Below are positions 48,108-59,995 of a stretch of DNA of 64,000 nucleotides, one piece after another (position 1 is the stretch's first letter; each line of letters opens with the position of its first letter). Below the pieces are notes generated by a model that did no database searches, was not told where the DNA came from, and saw nothing but the letters and a program-made list of their open reading frames with translations. The stretch lies in NCBI RefSeq assembly GCF_054482595.1, contig NZ_CM137008.1; one strand, 5' to 3'. The translations under genes were made by a program, and so were the position numbers.

Positions 48108-48848
48108 ATGTCTATAGACTGGAACTGGGGTATTTTTTTACAACAAGCCCCGTTCGGCAACACCACCTATCTTGGTTGGATCTGGAGTGGTTTTCAGGTG
48201 ACGATCGCTTTGTCGATCTGCGCCTGGATTATCGCTTTCCTCGTCGGTTCATTTTTCGGCATTTTACGTACCGTTCCAAACCGTTTTCTCTCCGGTCTGG
48301 GTACGTTGTATGTCGAACTGTTCCGCAACGTGCCGTTGATTGTGCAATTCTTTACCTGGTATCTGGTGATCCCGGAGCTGTTGCCGGAGAAAATCGGCAT
48401 GTGGTTTAAGGCCGAGCTGGATCCCAATATTCAGTTTTTCCTTTCATCCATGCTCTGCCTGGGGCTGTTTACCGCCGCCCGTGTTTGCGAACAGGTACGC
48501 GCCGCGATTCAGTCGCTGCCGCGCGGGCAAAAAAATGCCGCGCTGGCTATGGGTCTGACGCTGCCGCAGGCTTACCGCTACGTACTGCTGCCTAATGCTT
48601 ATCGCGTTATCGTCCCGCCGATGACCTCAGAGATGATGAACCTGGTGAAAAACTCCGCCATCGCCTCGACCATCGGTCTGGTAGATATGGCAGCGCAGGC
48701 AGGTAAATTGCTCGACTACTCGGCTCACGCCTGGGAGTCGTTTACCGCCATTACGCTGGCGTATGTATTGATTAACGCTTTTATCATGCTGGTGATGACG
48801 CTGGTTGAACGTAAAGTTCGCCTGCCCGGCAACATGGGGGGCAAATAA
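48108..48848 (+). CDS. gltJ: Glutamate/aspartate ABC transporter permease
   Basis: 246 aa, polytopic membrane protein. Confidence 0.93.
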   Translation: MSIDWNWGIFLQQAPFGNTTYLGWIWSGFQVTIALSICAWIIAFLVGSFFGILRTVPNRFLSGLGTLYVELFRNVPLIVQFFTWYLVIPELLPEKIGMWFKAELDPNIQFFLSSMLCLGLFTAARVCEQVRAAIQSLPRGQKNAALAMGLTLPQAYRYVLLPNAYRVIVPPMTSEMMNLVKNSAIASTIGLVDMAAQAGKLLDYSAHAWESFTAITLAYVLINAFIMLVMTLVERKVRLPGNMGGK

Positions 48849-49522
48849 TGTACGAGTTTGACTGGAGTTCCATTGTTCCTTCCCTGCCATATCTGCTCGA
48901 CGGGCTGGTGATCACGCTGAAAATCACCGTCACGGCAGTCGTGATTGGTATTTTGTGGGGCACCATGCTGGCGGTGATGCGCTTGTCCAGCTTTGCGCCC
49001 GTAGCGTGGTTTGCCAAAGCCTACGTTAACGTATTCCGCTCGATTCCTTTAGTTATGGTTTTGCTGTGGTTTTACCTGATCGTGCCGGGTTTTCTGCAAA
49101 ACGTGCTGGGATTATCACCAAAAAATGATATCCGTTTAATTTCGGCGATGGTGGCGTTTTCGATGTTTGAAGCGGCCTACTATTCAGAGATTATCCGTGC
49201 CGGTATTCAAAGTATTTCTCGTGGTCAGTCGAGCGCCGCGCTGGCGTTGGGAATGACTCACTGGCAGACGATGAAACTGATTATTCTGCCGCAGGCGTTC
49301 CGCGCGATGGTGCCGCTGCTGCTCACTCAGGGCATCGTACTGTTCCAGGATACCTCGCTGGTGTATGTGTTATCTCTGGCCGATTTCTTCCGTACCGCCT
49401 CAACCATTGGTGAGCGTGATGGCACGCAGGTTGAGATGATCCTGTTTGCCGGATTTGTTTATTTCGTTATTAGCCTTAGCGCGTCGTTGTTGGTCAGCTA
49501 CTTGAAAAGAAGGACAGCATAA
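48848..49522 (+). CDS. gltK: Glutamate/aspartate ABC transporter permease
   Basis: 224 aa, polytopic membrane protein; start overlaps the gltJ stop. Confidence 0.93.
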   Translation: MYEFDWSSIVPSLPYLLDGLVITLKITVTAVVIGILWGTMLAVMRLSSFAPVAWFAKAYVNVFRSIPLVMVLLWFYLIVPGFLQNVLGLSPKNDIRLISAMVAFSMFEAAYYSEIIRAGIQSISRGQSSAALALGMTHWQTMKLIILPQAFRAMVPLLLTQGIVLFQDTSLVYVLSLADFFRTASTIGERDGTQVEMILFAGFVYFVISLSASLLVSYLKRRTA

Positions 49523-50247
49523 TGATTACCCTGAAAAATGTTTCAAAATGGTATGGTCACTTTCAGGTGCTGACCGACTGCTCAACCGAAGTGAAAAAAG
49601 GCGAAGTGGTGGTGGTTTGCGGCCCGTCTGGTTCCGGCAAATCAACGCTGATTAAAACCGTCAACGGCCTCGAACCAGTGCAGCAAGGTGAAATCACCGT
49701 CGATGGTATCGTGGTTAACGACAAGAAAACCGATCTGGCAAAGCTGCGTTCTCGCGTCGGGATGGTATTCCAACATTTCGAGCTGTTCCCTCATCTGTCG
49801 ATTATCGAAAACCTGACCCTGGCGCAGGTGAAAGTGCTTAAACGCGATAAAGCACCGGCTCGTGAAAAAGCATTGAAATTGCTGGAGCGCGTGGGACTTT
49901 CCGCACATGCCAATAAATTTCCGGCGCAGCTTTCCGGCGGCCAGCAGCAGCGTGTGGCAATTGCTCGCGCATTGTGTATGGATCCTATTGCGATGCTGTT
50001 CGACGAACCCACATCGGCACTAGACCCGGAGATGATCAACGAAGTACTGGACGTGATGGTGGAACTGGCGAACGAGGGGATGACCATGATGGTGGTGACC
50101 CACGAAATGGGCTTTGCCCGTAAAGTGGCGAATCGGGTGATCTTTATGGATGAGGGTAAAATTGTTGAAGACTCGCCGAAAGATGCGTTCTTCGATGATC
50201 CGAAATCGGACCGCGCAAAAGACTTCCTCGCGAAAATCCTGCATTAA
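49522..50247 (+). CDS. gltL: Glutamate/aspartate ABC transporter ATP-binding protein
   Basis: 241 aa; Walker [10 protein letters not shown] and ABC signature LSGGQQQR. Confidence 0.95.
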   Translation: MITLKNVSKWYGHFQVLTDCSTEVKKGEVVVVCGPSGSGKSTLIKTVNGLEPVQQGEITVDGIVVNDKKTDLAKLRSRVGMVFQHFELFPHLSIIENLTLAQVKVLKRDKAPAREKALKLLERVGLSAHANKFPAQLSGGQQQRVAIARALCMDPIAMLFDEPTSALDPEMINEVLDVMVELANEGMTMMVVTHEMGFARKVANRVIFMDEGKIVEDSPKDAFFDDPKSDRAKDFLAKILH

Positions 50248-50364
50248 TCACTCTGGCGCGCATACCCAATTGCGCGCCATCTCACGCTTTATCGTTTCGC
50301 CCCTCGTATCTGTTACATCCTGGCGTTACCCTTGTCGCAAAGAAGCACACAACAAGGAGCAACA

Positions 50365-51300
50365 ATGGCACTGCCAATTCTGTTAGATTGCGACCCAGGT
50401 CATGATGACGCTATCGCAATAGTTCTCGCCCTCGCCTCACCAGAGCTTGATGTCAAAGCAATTACGTCTTCCGCCGGAAACCAGACACCAGAAAAAACCT
50501 TACGCAATGTTCTGCGTATGCTGACCTTGCTTAATCGCACCGATATTCCGGTGGCAGGCGGCGCGGTAAAACCGTTAATGCGTGAGTTGATTATCGCGGA
50601 CAATGTGCACGGCGAAAGCGGTCTCGACGGCCCGGCATTACCGGAACCGACGTTTGCACCGCAAAAGTGTACGGCGGTGGAGCTGATGGCGAAAACGCTA
50701 CGTGAAAGTGCGGAACCTGTCACCATTGTTTCTACCGGACCGCAAACTAACGTTGCTTTGCTGCTCAATAGCCATCCGGAACTGCATAGCAAAATTGCCC
50801 GTATCGTGATTATGGGCGGCGCAATGGGGCTGGGTAACTGGACGCCTGCGGCTGAATTTAATATTTACGTTGACCCGGAAGCGGCAGAAATTGTCTTCCA
50901 GTCAGGGATCCCGGTGGTGATGGCCGGTCTGGATGTTACTCACAAAGCGCAAATCCACGTTGAGGACACCGAGCGTTTCCGCGCGATTGGTAACCCGGTT
51001 TCAACCATTGTTGCCGAACTGCTGGATTTCTTCCTCGAATATCATAAAGACGAAAAATGGGGCTTTGTCGGCGCACCGCTGCATGACCCATGCACCATCG
51101 CCTGGCTGTTGAAACCCGAGTTGTTTACCACTGTTGAGCGCTGGGTTGGCGTGGAAACACAGGGGAAATATACCCAGGGGATGACGGTTGTTGATTATTA
51201 TTATCTGACTGGCAATAAACCGAATGCCACTGTAATGGTCGATGTTGATCGTCAGGGCTTTGTTGATTTACTGGCTGATCGTCTGAAATTTTACGCTTAA
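50365..51300 (+). CDS. rihA: Pyrimidine-specific ribonucleoside hydrolase RihA
   Basis: 311 aa from [16 protein letters not shown] (nucleoside hydrolase DxDxxxDD motif); ATG at 50365. Confidence 0.93.
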   Translation: MALPILLDCDPGHDDAIAIVLALASPELDVKAITSSAGNQTPEKTLRNVLRMLTLLNRTDIPVAGGAVKPLMRELIIADNVHGESGLDGPALPEPTFAPQKCTAVELMAKTLRESAEPVTIVSTGPQTNVALLLNSHPELHSKIARIVIMGGAMGLGNWTPAAEFNIYVDPEAAEIVFQSGIPVVMAGLDVTHKAQIHVEDTERFRAIGNPVSTIVAELLDFFLEYHKDEKWGFVGAPLHDPCTIAWLLKPELFTTVERWVGVETQGKYTQGMTVVDYYYLTGNKPNATVMVDVDRQGFVDLLADRLKFYA

Positions 51301-51384
51301 CACACGTCATTGATTAAGATCACCACGCGTTACCTGGGTGGTCTTAATCTGTTTATCTCTTTTTTTTTTCAAGATATAAATGCA

Positions 51385-53055
51385 ATGGATAATGCAGAAC
51401 TCGCCATTGGTATCGATCTCGGTACTACCAATAGTTTAATTGCCGTCTGGAAAGACGGTGCCGCGCAATTAATTCCAAATAAGTTCGGTGAATATTTAAC
51501 ACCATCCATAATTAGCATGGATGAAAATAATCATATTTTAGTCGGAAAACCGGCTGTATCACGGCGTACTTCGCATCCGGATAAAACGGCAGCGTTATTT
51601 AAACGTGCAATGGGCAGTAATACCAACTGGCAGTTAGGCAGCGACACATTTAACGCGCCAGAACTGTCCTCTTTGGTATTACGCTCATTAAAAGAAGATG
51701 CCGAAGAATTTCTGCAACGTCCGATTAAAGATGTGGTGATCTCTGTTCCGGCTTATTTCAGCGATGAACAACGCAAGCATACCCGTTTAGCAGCGGAGTT
51801 AGCCGGTTTAAATGCGGTACGCTTAATTAATGAACCCACAGCAGCTGCGATGGCGTATGGCCTGCATACCCAACAAAATACCCGTTCGCTGGTGTTTGAT
51901 CTCGGTGGCGGCACGTTTGACGTTACGGTGCTTGAGTACGCCACGCCGGTGATTGAAGTTCACGCCTCCGCTGGCGACAACTTCCTCGGTGGCGAAGATT
52001 TTACCCATATGCTGGTCGATGAGGTTTTAAAACGCGCGGATGTCGCCAGGACCACGCTTAACGAGAGTGAACTGGCAGCCTTGTATGCCTGTGTGGAAGC
52101 GGCAAAATGTAGCAATCAATCGCCAATGCACATTCGCTGGCAGTACCAGGATGAAACGCGGGAATGCGAATTTTACGAGAACGAACTGGAAGATTTGTGG
52201 TTGCCGCTGCTCAATCGCTTGCGAGTGCCGATTGAACAGGCGTTGCGCGATGCGCGTCTGAAGCCGAGTCAAATCGACAGTCTGGTGCTGGTTGGCGGCG
52301 CGTCACAAATGCCGCTGGTGCAGCGAATCGCCGTGCGTCTGTTTGGCAAATTACCGTATCAAAGTTACGATCCGAGCACCATTGTCGCGCTGGGCGCAGC
52401 AATCCAGGCAGCCTGCCGCTTACGCAGTGAAGATATTGAAGAAGTGATCCTCACTGATATTTGCCCTTACTCGTTGGGCGTTGAGGTTAACCGCCAGGGC
52501 GTTTCCGGCATTTTCTCGCCGATTATTGAACGAAACACCACTGTGCCCGTGTCGCGTGTAGAAACTTATTCAACCATGCACCCGGAACAGGATTCAATTA
52601 CGGTTAACGTCTATCAGGGAGAAAACCACAAAGTTAAAAACAACATTCTGGTGGAATCCTTCGATGTGCCGTTGAAGAGAACCGGGGCTTATCAGTCGAT
52701 TGATATTCGCTTTAGTTATGATATCAACGGTTTGCTTGAAGTTGACGTGCTTCTGGAAGACGGCAGCGTTAAGTCCAGAGTGATTAACCACAGCCCGGTA
52801 ACATTGAGCGCGCAGCAGATTGAAGAGAGTCGGACGCGGTTATCCGCATTGAAAATTTATCCGCGCGATATGCTCATCAACCGCACCTTTAAGGCCAAAC
52901 TGGAAGAGTTGTGGGCGCGGGCGCTGGGTGACGAGCGAGAAGAGATTGGCCGGGTGATCACCGATTTTGATGCGGCGCTGCAGTCAAACGATATGGCCCG
53001 CGTCGATGAGGTCAGGCGGCGGGCGAGCGTTTATTTAGCCATTGAGATCCCATAA
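51385..53055 (+). CDS. hscC: Hsp70-family chaperone HscC
   Basis: 556 aa from MDNAELAIGIDLGTTNS (Hsp70 N-terminal signature); ATG at 51385. Confidence 0.93.
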   Translation: MDNAELAIGIDLGTTNSLIAVWKDGAAQLIPNKFGEYLTPSIISMDENNHILVGKPAVSRRTSHPDKTAALFKRAMGSNTNWQLGSDTFNAPELSSLVLRSLKEDAEEFLQRPIKDVVISVPAYFSDEQRKHTRLAAELAGLNAVRLINEPTAAAMAYGLHTQQNTRSLVFDLGGGTFDVTVLEYATPVIEVHASAGDNFLGGEDFTHMLVDEVLKRADVARTTLNESELAALYACVEAAKCSNQSPMHIRWQYQDETRECEFYENELEDLWLPLLNRLRVPIEQALRDARLKPSQIDSLVLVGGASQMPLVQRIAVRLFGKLPYQSYDPSTIVALGAAIQAACRLRSEDIEEVILTDICPYSLGVEVNRQGVSGIFSPIIERNTTVPVSRVETYSTMHPEQDSITVNVYQGENHKVKNNILVESFDVPLKRTGAYQSIDIRFSYDINGLLEVDVLLEDGSVKSRVINHSPVTLSAQQIEESRTRLSALKIYPRDMLINRTFKAKLEELWARALGDEREEIGRVITDFDAALQSNDMARVDEVRRRASVYLAIEIP

Positions 53056-53061
53056 TCACGG

Positions 53062-53096
53062 CTGCCGGATGCGGCGTAAATGCTGCATCCGGCATC
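53062..53096. repeat. REP palindrome between hscC and djlC
   Basis: gccggatgcggcgtaaatgctgcatccggc. Confidence 0.7.
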
Positions 53097-53114
53097 GGCG
53101 CAAAAAACACATCG

Positions 53115-54566
53115 TCAACTAAACAACATCGCGATTTTGCCGAGAGCATAACCTATCACCAGCACCGTTAAGCTGATTTTGATAATGCTGATAATGCTCT
53201 GTGGTTTTTCATCCTCATCATTTTTTTCTTCATGGTTTTCAGGTGTTGGCTCATCGACATCTTCATCCTCCGGCTCGAGTTTTACTTTCGTCAACAGCAT
53301 CCGGGTGATAATGGCCTCTAATGGATGAGCATCTCCTCCTTCCAGCCTTGTATTGAGACGGGCCAGCATCTCTTGTTTCGGAAACGCTTCAAGTACTACC
53401 TGTTCCGCTACCCGATACAAATCCAGTAACGGTGAATCTTCTTCTGTCTCGCTACCGACTCTCGATTTCCACCACGCCCATGCTTTGCGTTTGAAGAATA
53501 ACGACTCAATAAACGATTGACCTAACGGCGATAGTTTTCCGTTATGTAAAATTTCCGCCCATAACAGACGCGTCCGGGCGCTCTCACCAGGAACATATTT
53601 CAACGGTTTACCTTGCGCATCTACCATGCTCCGCGCTTCGATAACCATCACTAATAACGCGAAATAATCCGGGCAATGTTGTGCGCTCCACTGCAACAAC
53701 AAATTATCGGCTTGTGTAGATGGGTAACTTTCCCAGTACGCGCAGAGATCGGCAAGCAGGCTTTCCCCCTCGCCGCAGTACAAACGTTGTGCACACTGGT
53801 AATACCGGGCATCTTCGCTTTCTGGTTTTTCCGTTTGCCACTGTTGGGCAACAGGAATGAGTTCCGCCATACCTGTTTGCACCGAGCTGTACCAGCGCAA
53901 CAGTTTGCGATGCAACTTCGCATCATCAGGAATTAACCACGGACCTGCCATCGCCAAAAACGCAGTGACATAGTCAGGATGGTAACGACAGCAACGTTCC
54001 AGCGCGAAGTAATACTCAACAGTCTGGTTCTGCAACGCAATGGGATATTCCAGAAGGCTAAGGAAATCGAAACAATCACCAGCCTGAATGGCCTCAAGAA
54101 AAGCCTCCCTTTCTTCCTCATCCATTCCTACGCTGTCATTAAACGAATGCCAGTTCAAACGCTCTGCCAGCAAAGAAGCACAATTTAATGAAAGATATCG
54201 CGCTTCTTTAGCGATTGCACACAGCGGCCAGCGTAATTGATCGACATCCTCCATGTTCCAGGTATTTAATTGCTGAATAAATTTCTGCCAGGCGGAAGGC
54301 TGAAAACGATCACTTTCTGAATCCAGTAATGTCCTGAATGCACGTAGTATTTCATGTTCAGCGGCGGCATCTTTTTCTTCATCATCTGCTTCCTCGACAG
54401 GATTTACCGCCAGTCGCAGCGCCTCTTCATAGGCCTGGCGTAATGCTTTAAACCCCTGCGGATCGGTTTCGGGATGACATAACGGTAAGCGAGCAAGATA
54501 AGCCTGGCGGATAATGTCTATTTGCGTCGTGCTTTCAATTTCGAGGATTTGCCAACATGTTTTCAT
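53115..54566 (-). CDS. djlC: J-domain membrane co-chaperone DjlC (YbeV)
   Basis: 483 aa; N-terminal J-domain with HPE variant of the HPD motif ([11 protein letters not shown]), C-terminal transmembrane segment; start overlaps the ybeU stop. Confidence 0.9.
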   Translation of the reverse strand: MKTCWQILEIESTTQIDIIRQAYLARLPLCHPETDPQGFKALRQAYEEALRLAVNPVEEADDEEKDAAAEHEILRAFRTLLDSESDRFQPSAWQKFIQQLNTWNMEDVDQLRWPLCAIAKEARYLSLNCASLLAERLNWHSFNDSVGMDEEEREAFLEAIQAGDCFDFLSLLEYPIALQNQTVEYYFALERCCRYHPDYVTAFLAMAGPWLIPDDAKLHRKLLRWYSSVQTGMAELIPVAQQWQTEKPESEDARYYQCAQRLYCGEGESLLADLCAYWESYPSTQADNLLLQWSAQHCPDYFALLVMVIEARSMVDAQGKPLKYVPGESARTRLLWAEILHNGKLSPLGQSFIESLFFKRKAWAWWKSRVGSETEEDSPLLDLYRVAEQVVLEAFPKQEMLARLNTRLEGGDAHPLEAIITRMLLTKVKLEPEDEDVDEPTPENHEEKNDEDEKPQSIISIIKISLTVLVIGYALGKIAMLFS

Positions 54567-55270
54567 AGGTCGCTCACATCCTTAAGCGTTACCGGGCATT
54601 CAGGCTGGACAGTTAATGGTTGCCAGGGAAGCGTGGCATAGAAACGATCGCTTCCCGCAGCCAGCTCTTCGAACATCCGACTCCCGGCGCTATCGTATTT
54701 GTACAGGGTTAGCGCCTCGCGTGGCGAAGCGTTGTCTTCGCATTGAGAAGATTGCCAGTAGAGACGCCCTAGTGAATAGGCGGAAAAATAGTGCATCCAG
54801 CTGTGATAGTAATGGTGAGCTCGTACATAGACGCGCGATTGCAGCCATAAACTCTCGTCTTCCGTCAGCCACTTGTTGAGCACACCAACCCGTGATAAAA
54901 AACCCATCCGCACATAATCCCAGGCTTTGATTCCCCCTTCCCCACAGCACATAGCGGTTTGGGCAACGAACTGGGTATAAATCAACCCTCTCTCCGAGCC
55001 ACCAGCAATTAATGCTTTCCACTCTTCAGGGGAAGAGCGATGCCATGTCAGATATAAGCCAGCTAAATCATTGGCATGACCATCATCAGTCATCTGATAA
55101 ATAGTCTGAATTAAATCATCACGATTATTTATTCCCCAGGATGATGAGAGATCGAATTCTTTTATCCCGGTATACATTTTTGGCGAGTCATGCGCGGGTT
55201 TGCAACCCTGATTAAGTATTTCCATGGGCGCAGAAAGCGCAAAAAGAAGATATTGTTCTTCCTTATTCAT
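54563..55270 (-). CDS. ybeU: DUF1266 protein YbeU
   Basis: 235 aa, paralog of YbeR; translationally coupled to djlC. Confidence 0.88.
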
Positions 55271-55371
55271 TTGTTAATAATCCCTTAAGTGCATTAACTG
55301 ACTACTTTTTTATTATTGATGAGTATAAACTTGACGCTTTCAAAATAAAAAGAAAATCGAAGCATTCACAC

Positions 55372-55926
55372 ATGAATAAAAAATTAATGTATATATTCGC
55401 AATTTTTATAGTTGCAGCAATTACCTGTATTAGCCAACCCAAGAAAACGACGTTGCGTGATAAAGCCATGGTGAATTATGCCTTTGATTATTTAAGCTCA
55501 CCGGGCAGTCTTCCATTCACCACGGCAGCCACGGAGCTTTCCGCGATTCATGGTCACTCAACGTCGCAATATCGCCTTGGAGAATTTTATCTTCATGGTA
55601 GCGACGGTAAACCACTGGATTATACACAGGCGAGATACTGGTATGAGCAATCAGCGGAACAGGAAAATCCACGCGCGCAAAGTAAACTGGGGTGGATCTA
55701 CCTCAAAGGTCTGGGGGTCAAACCCGACACCCGTAAAGCAATTCTCTGGTATAAGGAAGCAGCTGAACAAGGGTATGCTCATGCTCAATATACTTTAGGT
55801 TTGATCTACAGAAATGGCTCAGGTATTAATGTTAACCATTATGAATCTCAAAAATGGTTAAAACTGGCCGCCAAACAACATTACAAAAATGCGGAAAGAT
55901 TACTTGCCGGGCTTCCCGCACATTAA
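55372..55926 (+). CDS. ybeT: Sel1-repeat protein YbeT
   Basis: 184 aa; N-terminal hydrophobic segment then Sel1-like repeats ([15 protein letters not shown]..., [15 protein letters not shown]...). Confidence 0.88.
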
Positions 55927-55935
55927 CGTCGAATG

Positions 55936-57363
55936 TCACCCGAACAGATGGAGTATTTTCCCTATCAAACCAGCAAAGATAAAAATATAGAAAATAATTT
56001 TAATGATGCCCAGACAGCCTGGCCCACCATCGTCAACGGGCATTGGCTGCGGTTGCGGCTCCGGTTCAACAGTTTGCTTCTCGGTAAAATTCGCCGCCTG
56101 AATTAATAATCGACGAATAATTAATGCTTCCAGTGGACAACGATTTTCTGCATCAAGACGGCTTACGATCGGCATTAATGATTCTTCTGTTGGTTGGCTG
56201 GCCTGCACTAATTGTTTGGCAACTAAATATAATGGCCATAAGGGATGTTCTGTATCACGCGTGAGTGAGATCCGCGGCTTACGTCCTTTGTGCAAAACCA
56301 TCTCGACCAGAGAACGCCCCAGCGCAGAGAGTTTTTCATCACTGAGTATTTCGTATAAATGAAAACGCGTACGAGCGCTGTCACCAGGGACATAAAGTAG
56401 CGGTTTTCCCTGATCGTTAACCAGTTCACGAGCTTCAATCATCATCACCACTAACGGGTAATAATCGACCCGATGCTGACGGCACCATTGCAATATTAAA
56501 GCATCCGCCTGGGTGGAGGGATACTCGCGCCAGTAGTCACAAAGTTCTGCCAGCAAGCTTTCGCCTTCTCCACAATAGACGCGTTGTGCGTATTCATAAT
56601 AACGCGCATCTTCATTATCAGATTCAGCTTCCCGCCACGACCGGGCGTAATCCAGGAGTTCGGGAATTCCCAGGCGACCTGCGCTATACCAGCGGAGTAA
56701 ATTTCCGTGCAGTTTTGCATCATCGGGGATAATCACTGCGCGATGTTGCGCTAAATACAATGTCAGCCATTCTGGATGCGATGACCAAATCCGAGCGAAC
56801 ATTTGGTAAAAATCGATGGTGTCATTTTGCACGGCAACGGGCAGATGCAGAATGGTCTGGAAGTTAAAAACATTCCCCTTCGCAATGGCATATAAAAAGG
56901 ATTCCAGTTCTTCTTCGTCTATTTCCCCGGTATTTTCCTCCTGTAACCACCGCAATCTTTCTGCTAATAACACCACGCACTCGAAGGATAAATGGGCAGT
57001 GTTCATGGCTATTGTGCACAGCGACCAGCGTAATTCATCAATCTCATCCATCGAGCAATAATTTAATTGCTGAATGAATCGCTGCCAGGCGGAGGGCAGA
57101 AAACGTTCACTATCAGAGGCAAGTAACGCACTAAAGGCGAGCAGAATTTCATGTTCTGCTACCTCATATTCTTCTGGTTGCCAAACAGATTTAGCAGGCG
57201 ACTGCGCAATCCGGAGCGCTTCCTCATACGCCTGACGAAGTTGTTTAAAACCCTGCGGATCGGTTTCTGGATGAAAGGACGGTAACAGCGCCAGATAAGC
57301 GCGGCGGATAATATCGACGTCAGTCGTTTCCTCTATGTTGAGGATCTTCCAGCAATTTTTCAT
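55936..57363 (-). CDS. djlB: J-domain membrane co-chaperone DjlB (YbeS)
   Basis: 475 aa, paralog of DjlC ([11 protein letters not shown]); C-terminal transmembrane segment; start overlaps the ybeR stop. Confidence 0.9.
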   Translation of the reverse strand: MKNCWKILNIEETTDVDIIRRAYLALLPSFHPETDPQGFKQLRQAYEEALRIAQSPAKSVWQPEEYEVAEHEILLAFSALLASDSERFLPSAWQRFIQQLNYCSMDEIDELRWSLCTIAMNTAHLSFECVVLLAERLRWLQEENTGEIDEEELESFLYAIAKGNVFNFQTILHLPVAVQNDTIDFYQMFARIWSSHPEWLTLYLAQHRAVIIPDDAKLHGNLLRWYSAGRLGIPELLDYARSWREAESDNEDARYYEYAQRVYCGEGESLLAELCDYWREYPSTQADALILQWCRQHRVDYYPLVVMMIEARELVNDQGKPLLYVPGDSARTRFHLYEILSDEKLSALGRSLVEMVLHKGRKPRISLTRDTEHPLWPLYLVAKQLVQASQPTEESLMPIVSRLDAENRCPLEALIIRRLLIQAANFTEKQTVEPEPQPQPMPVDDGGPGCLGIIKIIFYIFIFAGLIGKILHLFG

Positions 57364-58067
57364 AGGTCGCTCATATCCTTAAGCGTTTCCGGGCATGTGG
57401 GGTAGTCAGCCAGTGGTTGCCAGGGTAAGGTCGCGTAATATGCATCGTCACTGGCAAATAATTGATAAAACATATCATTGCCGGAATCGTCGTATTCTTT
57501 ACGCGCTAAGAATTCACGTAATAAAGGCAGATTATCATCTTCGGGAGACTGCCAATATTGCCGACCAAAGGTATAACCGGCAAAGTATTGCCGCCAGTTA
57601 CTATAATAACGTAGAGCCCGTAGATGAATACGCGACTGGATCCATAGACTTTCTTCTTCACTCAACCAGTTATTAAGTACGCCCATTCGACTTAAAAAAC
57701 CCATCCGGACATAATCCCATGCTTTAATTCCTCCCTCACCACAGCATTCGGCTGTGCTGGCGACAAATTGCGCATAAGCCTGACCTTGCTCATTTAATTC
57801 AGCAAGATAGTCACGCCATTCACATGGAGAATAACGAAACCAGCGGTGATAAAACCCTGCCAACCGCGCGGCATGACCGTTATCGATCATTCGGTGAATT
57901 GTGCGCAGCAGGTCATCACGGTCATCAATTCCCCAGGAGGAAGAAAGGTCAAAAAAGCATGTACCTAAATACATTTTGGGGGATGAATGCGAAGGTAAAC
58001 AGCATTCATTGCGTATTTCCATCGGAGTGGAAAGTGCAAACAATATTTTTTGCGACTCCATGTCCAT
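57360..58067 (-). CDS. ybeR: DUF1266 protein YbeR
   Basis: 235 aa, paralog of YbeU. Confidence 0.88.
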   Translation of the reverse strand: MDMESQKILFALSTPMEIRNECCLPSHSSPKMYLGTCFFDLSSSWGIDDRDDLLRTIHRMIDNGHAARLAGFYHRWFRYSPCEWRDYLAELNEQGQAYAQFVASTAECCGEGGIKAWDYVRMGFLSRMGVLNNWLSEEESLWIQSRIHLRALRYYSNWRQYFAGYTFGRQYWQSPEDDNLPLLREFLARKEYDDSGNDMFYQLFASDDAYYATLPWQPLADYPTCPETLKDMSDL

Positions 58068-58230
58068 ATAATTTATCCTTAAACATTCATTTAATGAATG
58101 TAAACTACATTACGAGGCTCATTTATTTATACTTTTCTGACACAACATAATACGCATAAAATAAGACTTACGCAAAAACGGAACACATAAAAATATAATA
58201 TGCTTTATCTGCAACCATAAGGAAATGATA

Positions 58231-59208
58231 ATGATTTTTACGTCAAGTTGCTGCGATAATTTGTCAATAGATGAGATTATCGAACGTGCTGAACAAGGCG
58301 ATAGTGAGGCTCAATATATTGTTGGGTTTTATTATAATCGCGATAGCGCAATTGACTCTCCGGACGACGAAAAGGCCTTTTACTGGCTGAAGCTGGCCGC
58401 TGAGCAAGGTCATTGTGAAGCACAGTATTCCTTAGGGCAAAAGTATACCGAGGATAAAAGCCGTCATAAAGATAATGAGCAAGCCATCTTCTGGCTGAAA
58501 AAAGCTGCCCTACAAGGCCATACTTTCGCTTCCAACGCCCTTGGCTGGATACTGGATCGTGGAGAAGACCCCAACTATAAAGAAGCGGTTGCCTGGTATC
58601 AGATAGCCGCGGAGAGCGGAATGTCTTATGCGCAAAATAATCTTGGGTGGATGTACAGAAATGGCAACGGAGTCGCACAAGACTATACGCTGGCATTTTT
58701 CTGGTACAAACAAGCTGCATTACAAGGCCATAGTGACGCGCAAAACAATCTGGCCGATCTTTATGAAGACGGAAAAGGCGTTGCTCAAAACGAGACACTC
58801 GCCGCATTCTGGTATTTGAAAAGCGCACAGCAGGGTAATCGGCACGCCCAGTTTCAAATTGCATGGGATTATAACGCTGGCGAAGGGGTGGACCAGGACT
58901 ATAAGCAAGCGATGTACTGGTATCTGAAGGCTGCCGCTCAGGGGAGCGTCGGCGCTTACGTCAACATCGGTTATATGTATAAACACGGACAAGGCGTTGA
59001 GAAAGATTATCAGGCTGCCTTTGAATGGTTTACGAAAGCCGCTGAATGCAATGACGCCACTGCCTGGTATAACCTGGCCATTATGTATCACTACGGAGAA
59101 GGAAGACCTGTCGATCTCCGACAGGCTCTCGACCTGTATCGTAAAGTTCAGTCATCCGGAACCAGAGATGTCAGTCAGGAAATTCGTGAGACTGAAGATT
59201 TACTGTAG
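58231..59208 (+). CDS. ybeQ: Sel1-repeat protein YbeQ
   Basis: 325 aa from the second ATG (MIFTSSCC...), which has better spacing to aagga; at least seven Sel1-like repeats. Confidence 0.88.
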   Translation: MIFTSSCCDNLSIDEIIERAEQGDSEAQYIVGFYYNRDSAIDSPDDEKAFYWLKLAAEQGHCEAQYSLGQKYTEDKSRHKDNEQAIFWLKKAALQGHTFASNALGWILDRGEDPNYKEAVAWYQIAAESGMSYAQNNLGWMYRNGNGVAQDYTLAFFWYKQAALQGHSDAQNNLADLYEDGKGVAQNETLAAFWYLKSAQQGNRHAQFQIAWDYNAGEGVDQDYKQAMYWYLKAAAQGSVGAYVNIGYMYKHGQGVEKDYQAAFEWFTKAAECNDATAWYNLAIMYHYGEGRPVDLRQALDLYRKVQSSGTRDVSQEIRETEDLL

Positions 59209-59277
59209 AGATAAAAACAAGGGCCGGGGAATTTCATTCGGCCCATATTCTCTTTATTGCTGTGCGAAATCAGACTA

Positions 59278-59760
59278 TTACGGCTCGAACGGGCGTCTCT
59301 GGAACTGATCATGACCACATTTCGGGCATAGCGTCAGCACTTCCGGTGTGTAGATCGGGAGATGGAAGTGACATTTCTCGCAGACCAGATTTCCCAGCCC
59401 GACCACTTCTCCGCTGTGATAAACCCCATGATGATTGAGGTCCTGGAAAACTTCGCGCCATTCAAGCTGCGTTTTATCGGTGATATCTGCCAGCTCCTGC
59501 CACAAGCTTTCTTTAATCACCCGCATAAAGACGCTGTCAGATTCTTCTTTCAGGCTCTCTTCATAGCTCATGGCGAACTCTTCCAGGTCACGTCTGACAG
59601 CTCGCGTCAGCTCATCGACCTCGGTTCGCGTTAACTCCCCTGTTTTTATTACGCGCTCGCGCGCCTGTTCCACCAGTGCGTCGATATCACGTTCGCCATT
59701 GCGCAGGCGTTCGCTCAGTGACGCAACCAGTTCACGGTAATATTGAGCAACCTTGTTCAT
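59278..59760 (-). CDS. ybeL: Zinc-ribbon protein YbeL (DUF1451)
   Basis: 160 aa; C-terminal CEKCHFH...CPKCGH zinc ribbon. Confidence 0.9.
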   Translation of the reverse strand: MNKVAQYYRELVASLSERLRNGERDIDALVEQARERVIKTGELTRTEVDELTRAVRRDLEEFAMSYEESLKEESDSVFMRVIKESLWQELADITDKTQLEWREVFQDLNHHGVYHSGEVVGLGNLVCEKCHFHLPIYTPEVLTLCPKCGHDQFQRRPFEP

Positions 59761-59995
59761 CGTTTCATCTCCCGGGTCGTTAACTGACTATAATAATAGA
59801 CGTTCTTTGTTCCTTGCTTTGCTAATACGCCCACAAACTCTGTAAATTAATGTATGAATAATCCGGGCATCATTTCAACGTCGAGTGCGCGAAAGGCTGT
59901 TTTGACGCGGACGTTTGGGCTATGCTATGCGGATCTGAAAAACCACCTCTAACGCTACTTTTGTAGCCGTAATGAAAACAGGACCACTGGCTGCC

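Noticed and set aside
58225-58230. First ATG (58225) as the ybeQ start
   Set aside because: It lies only 2-3 nt after the aagga ribosome-binding site; the second ATG at 58231 has proper spacing and gives the expected 325 aa.
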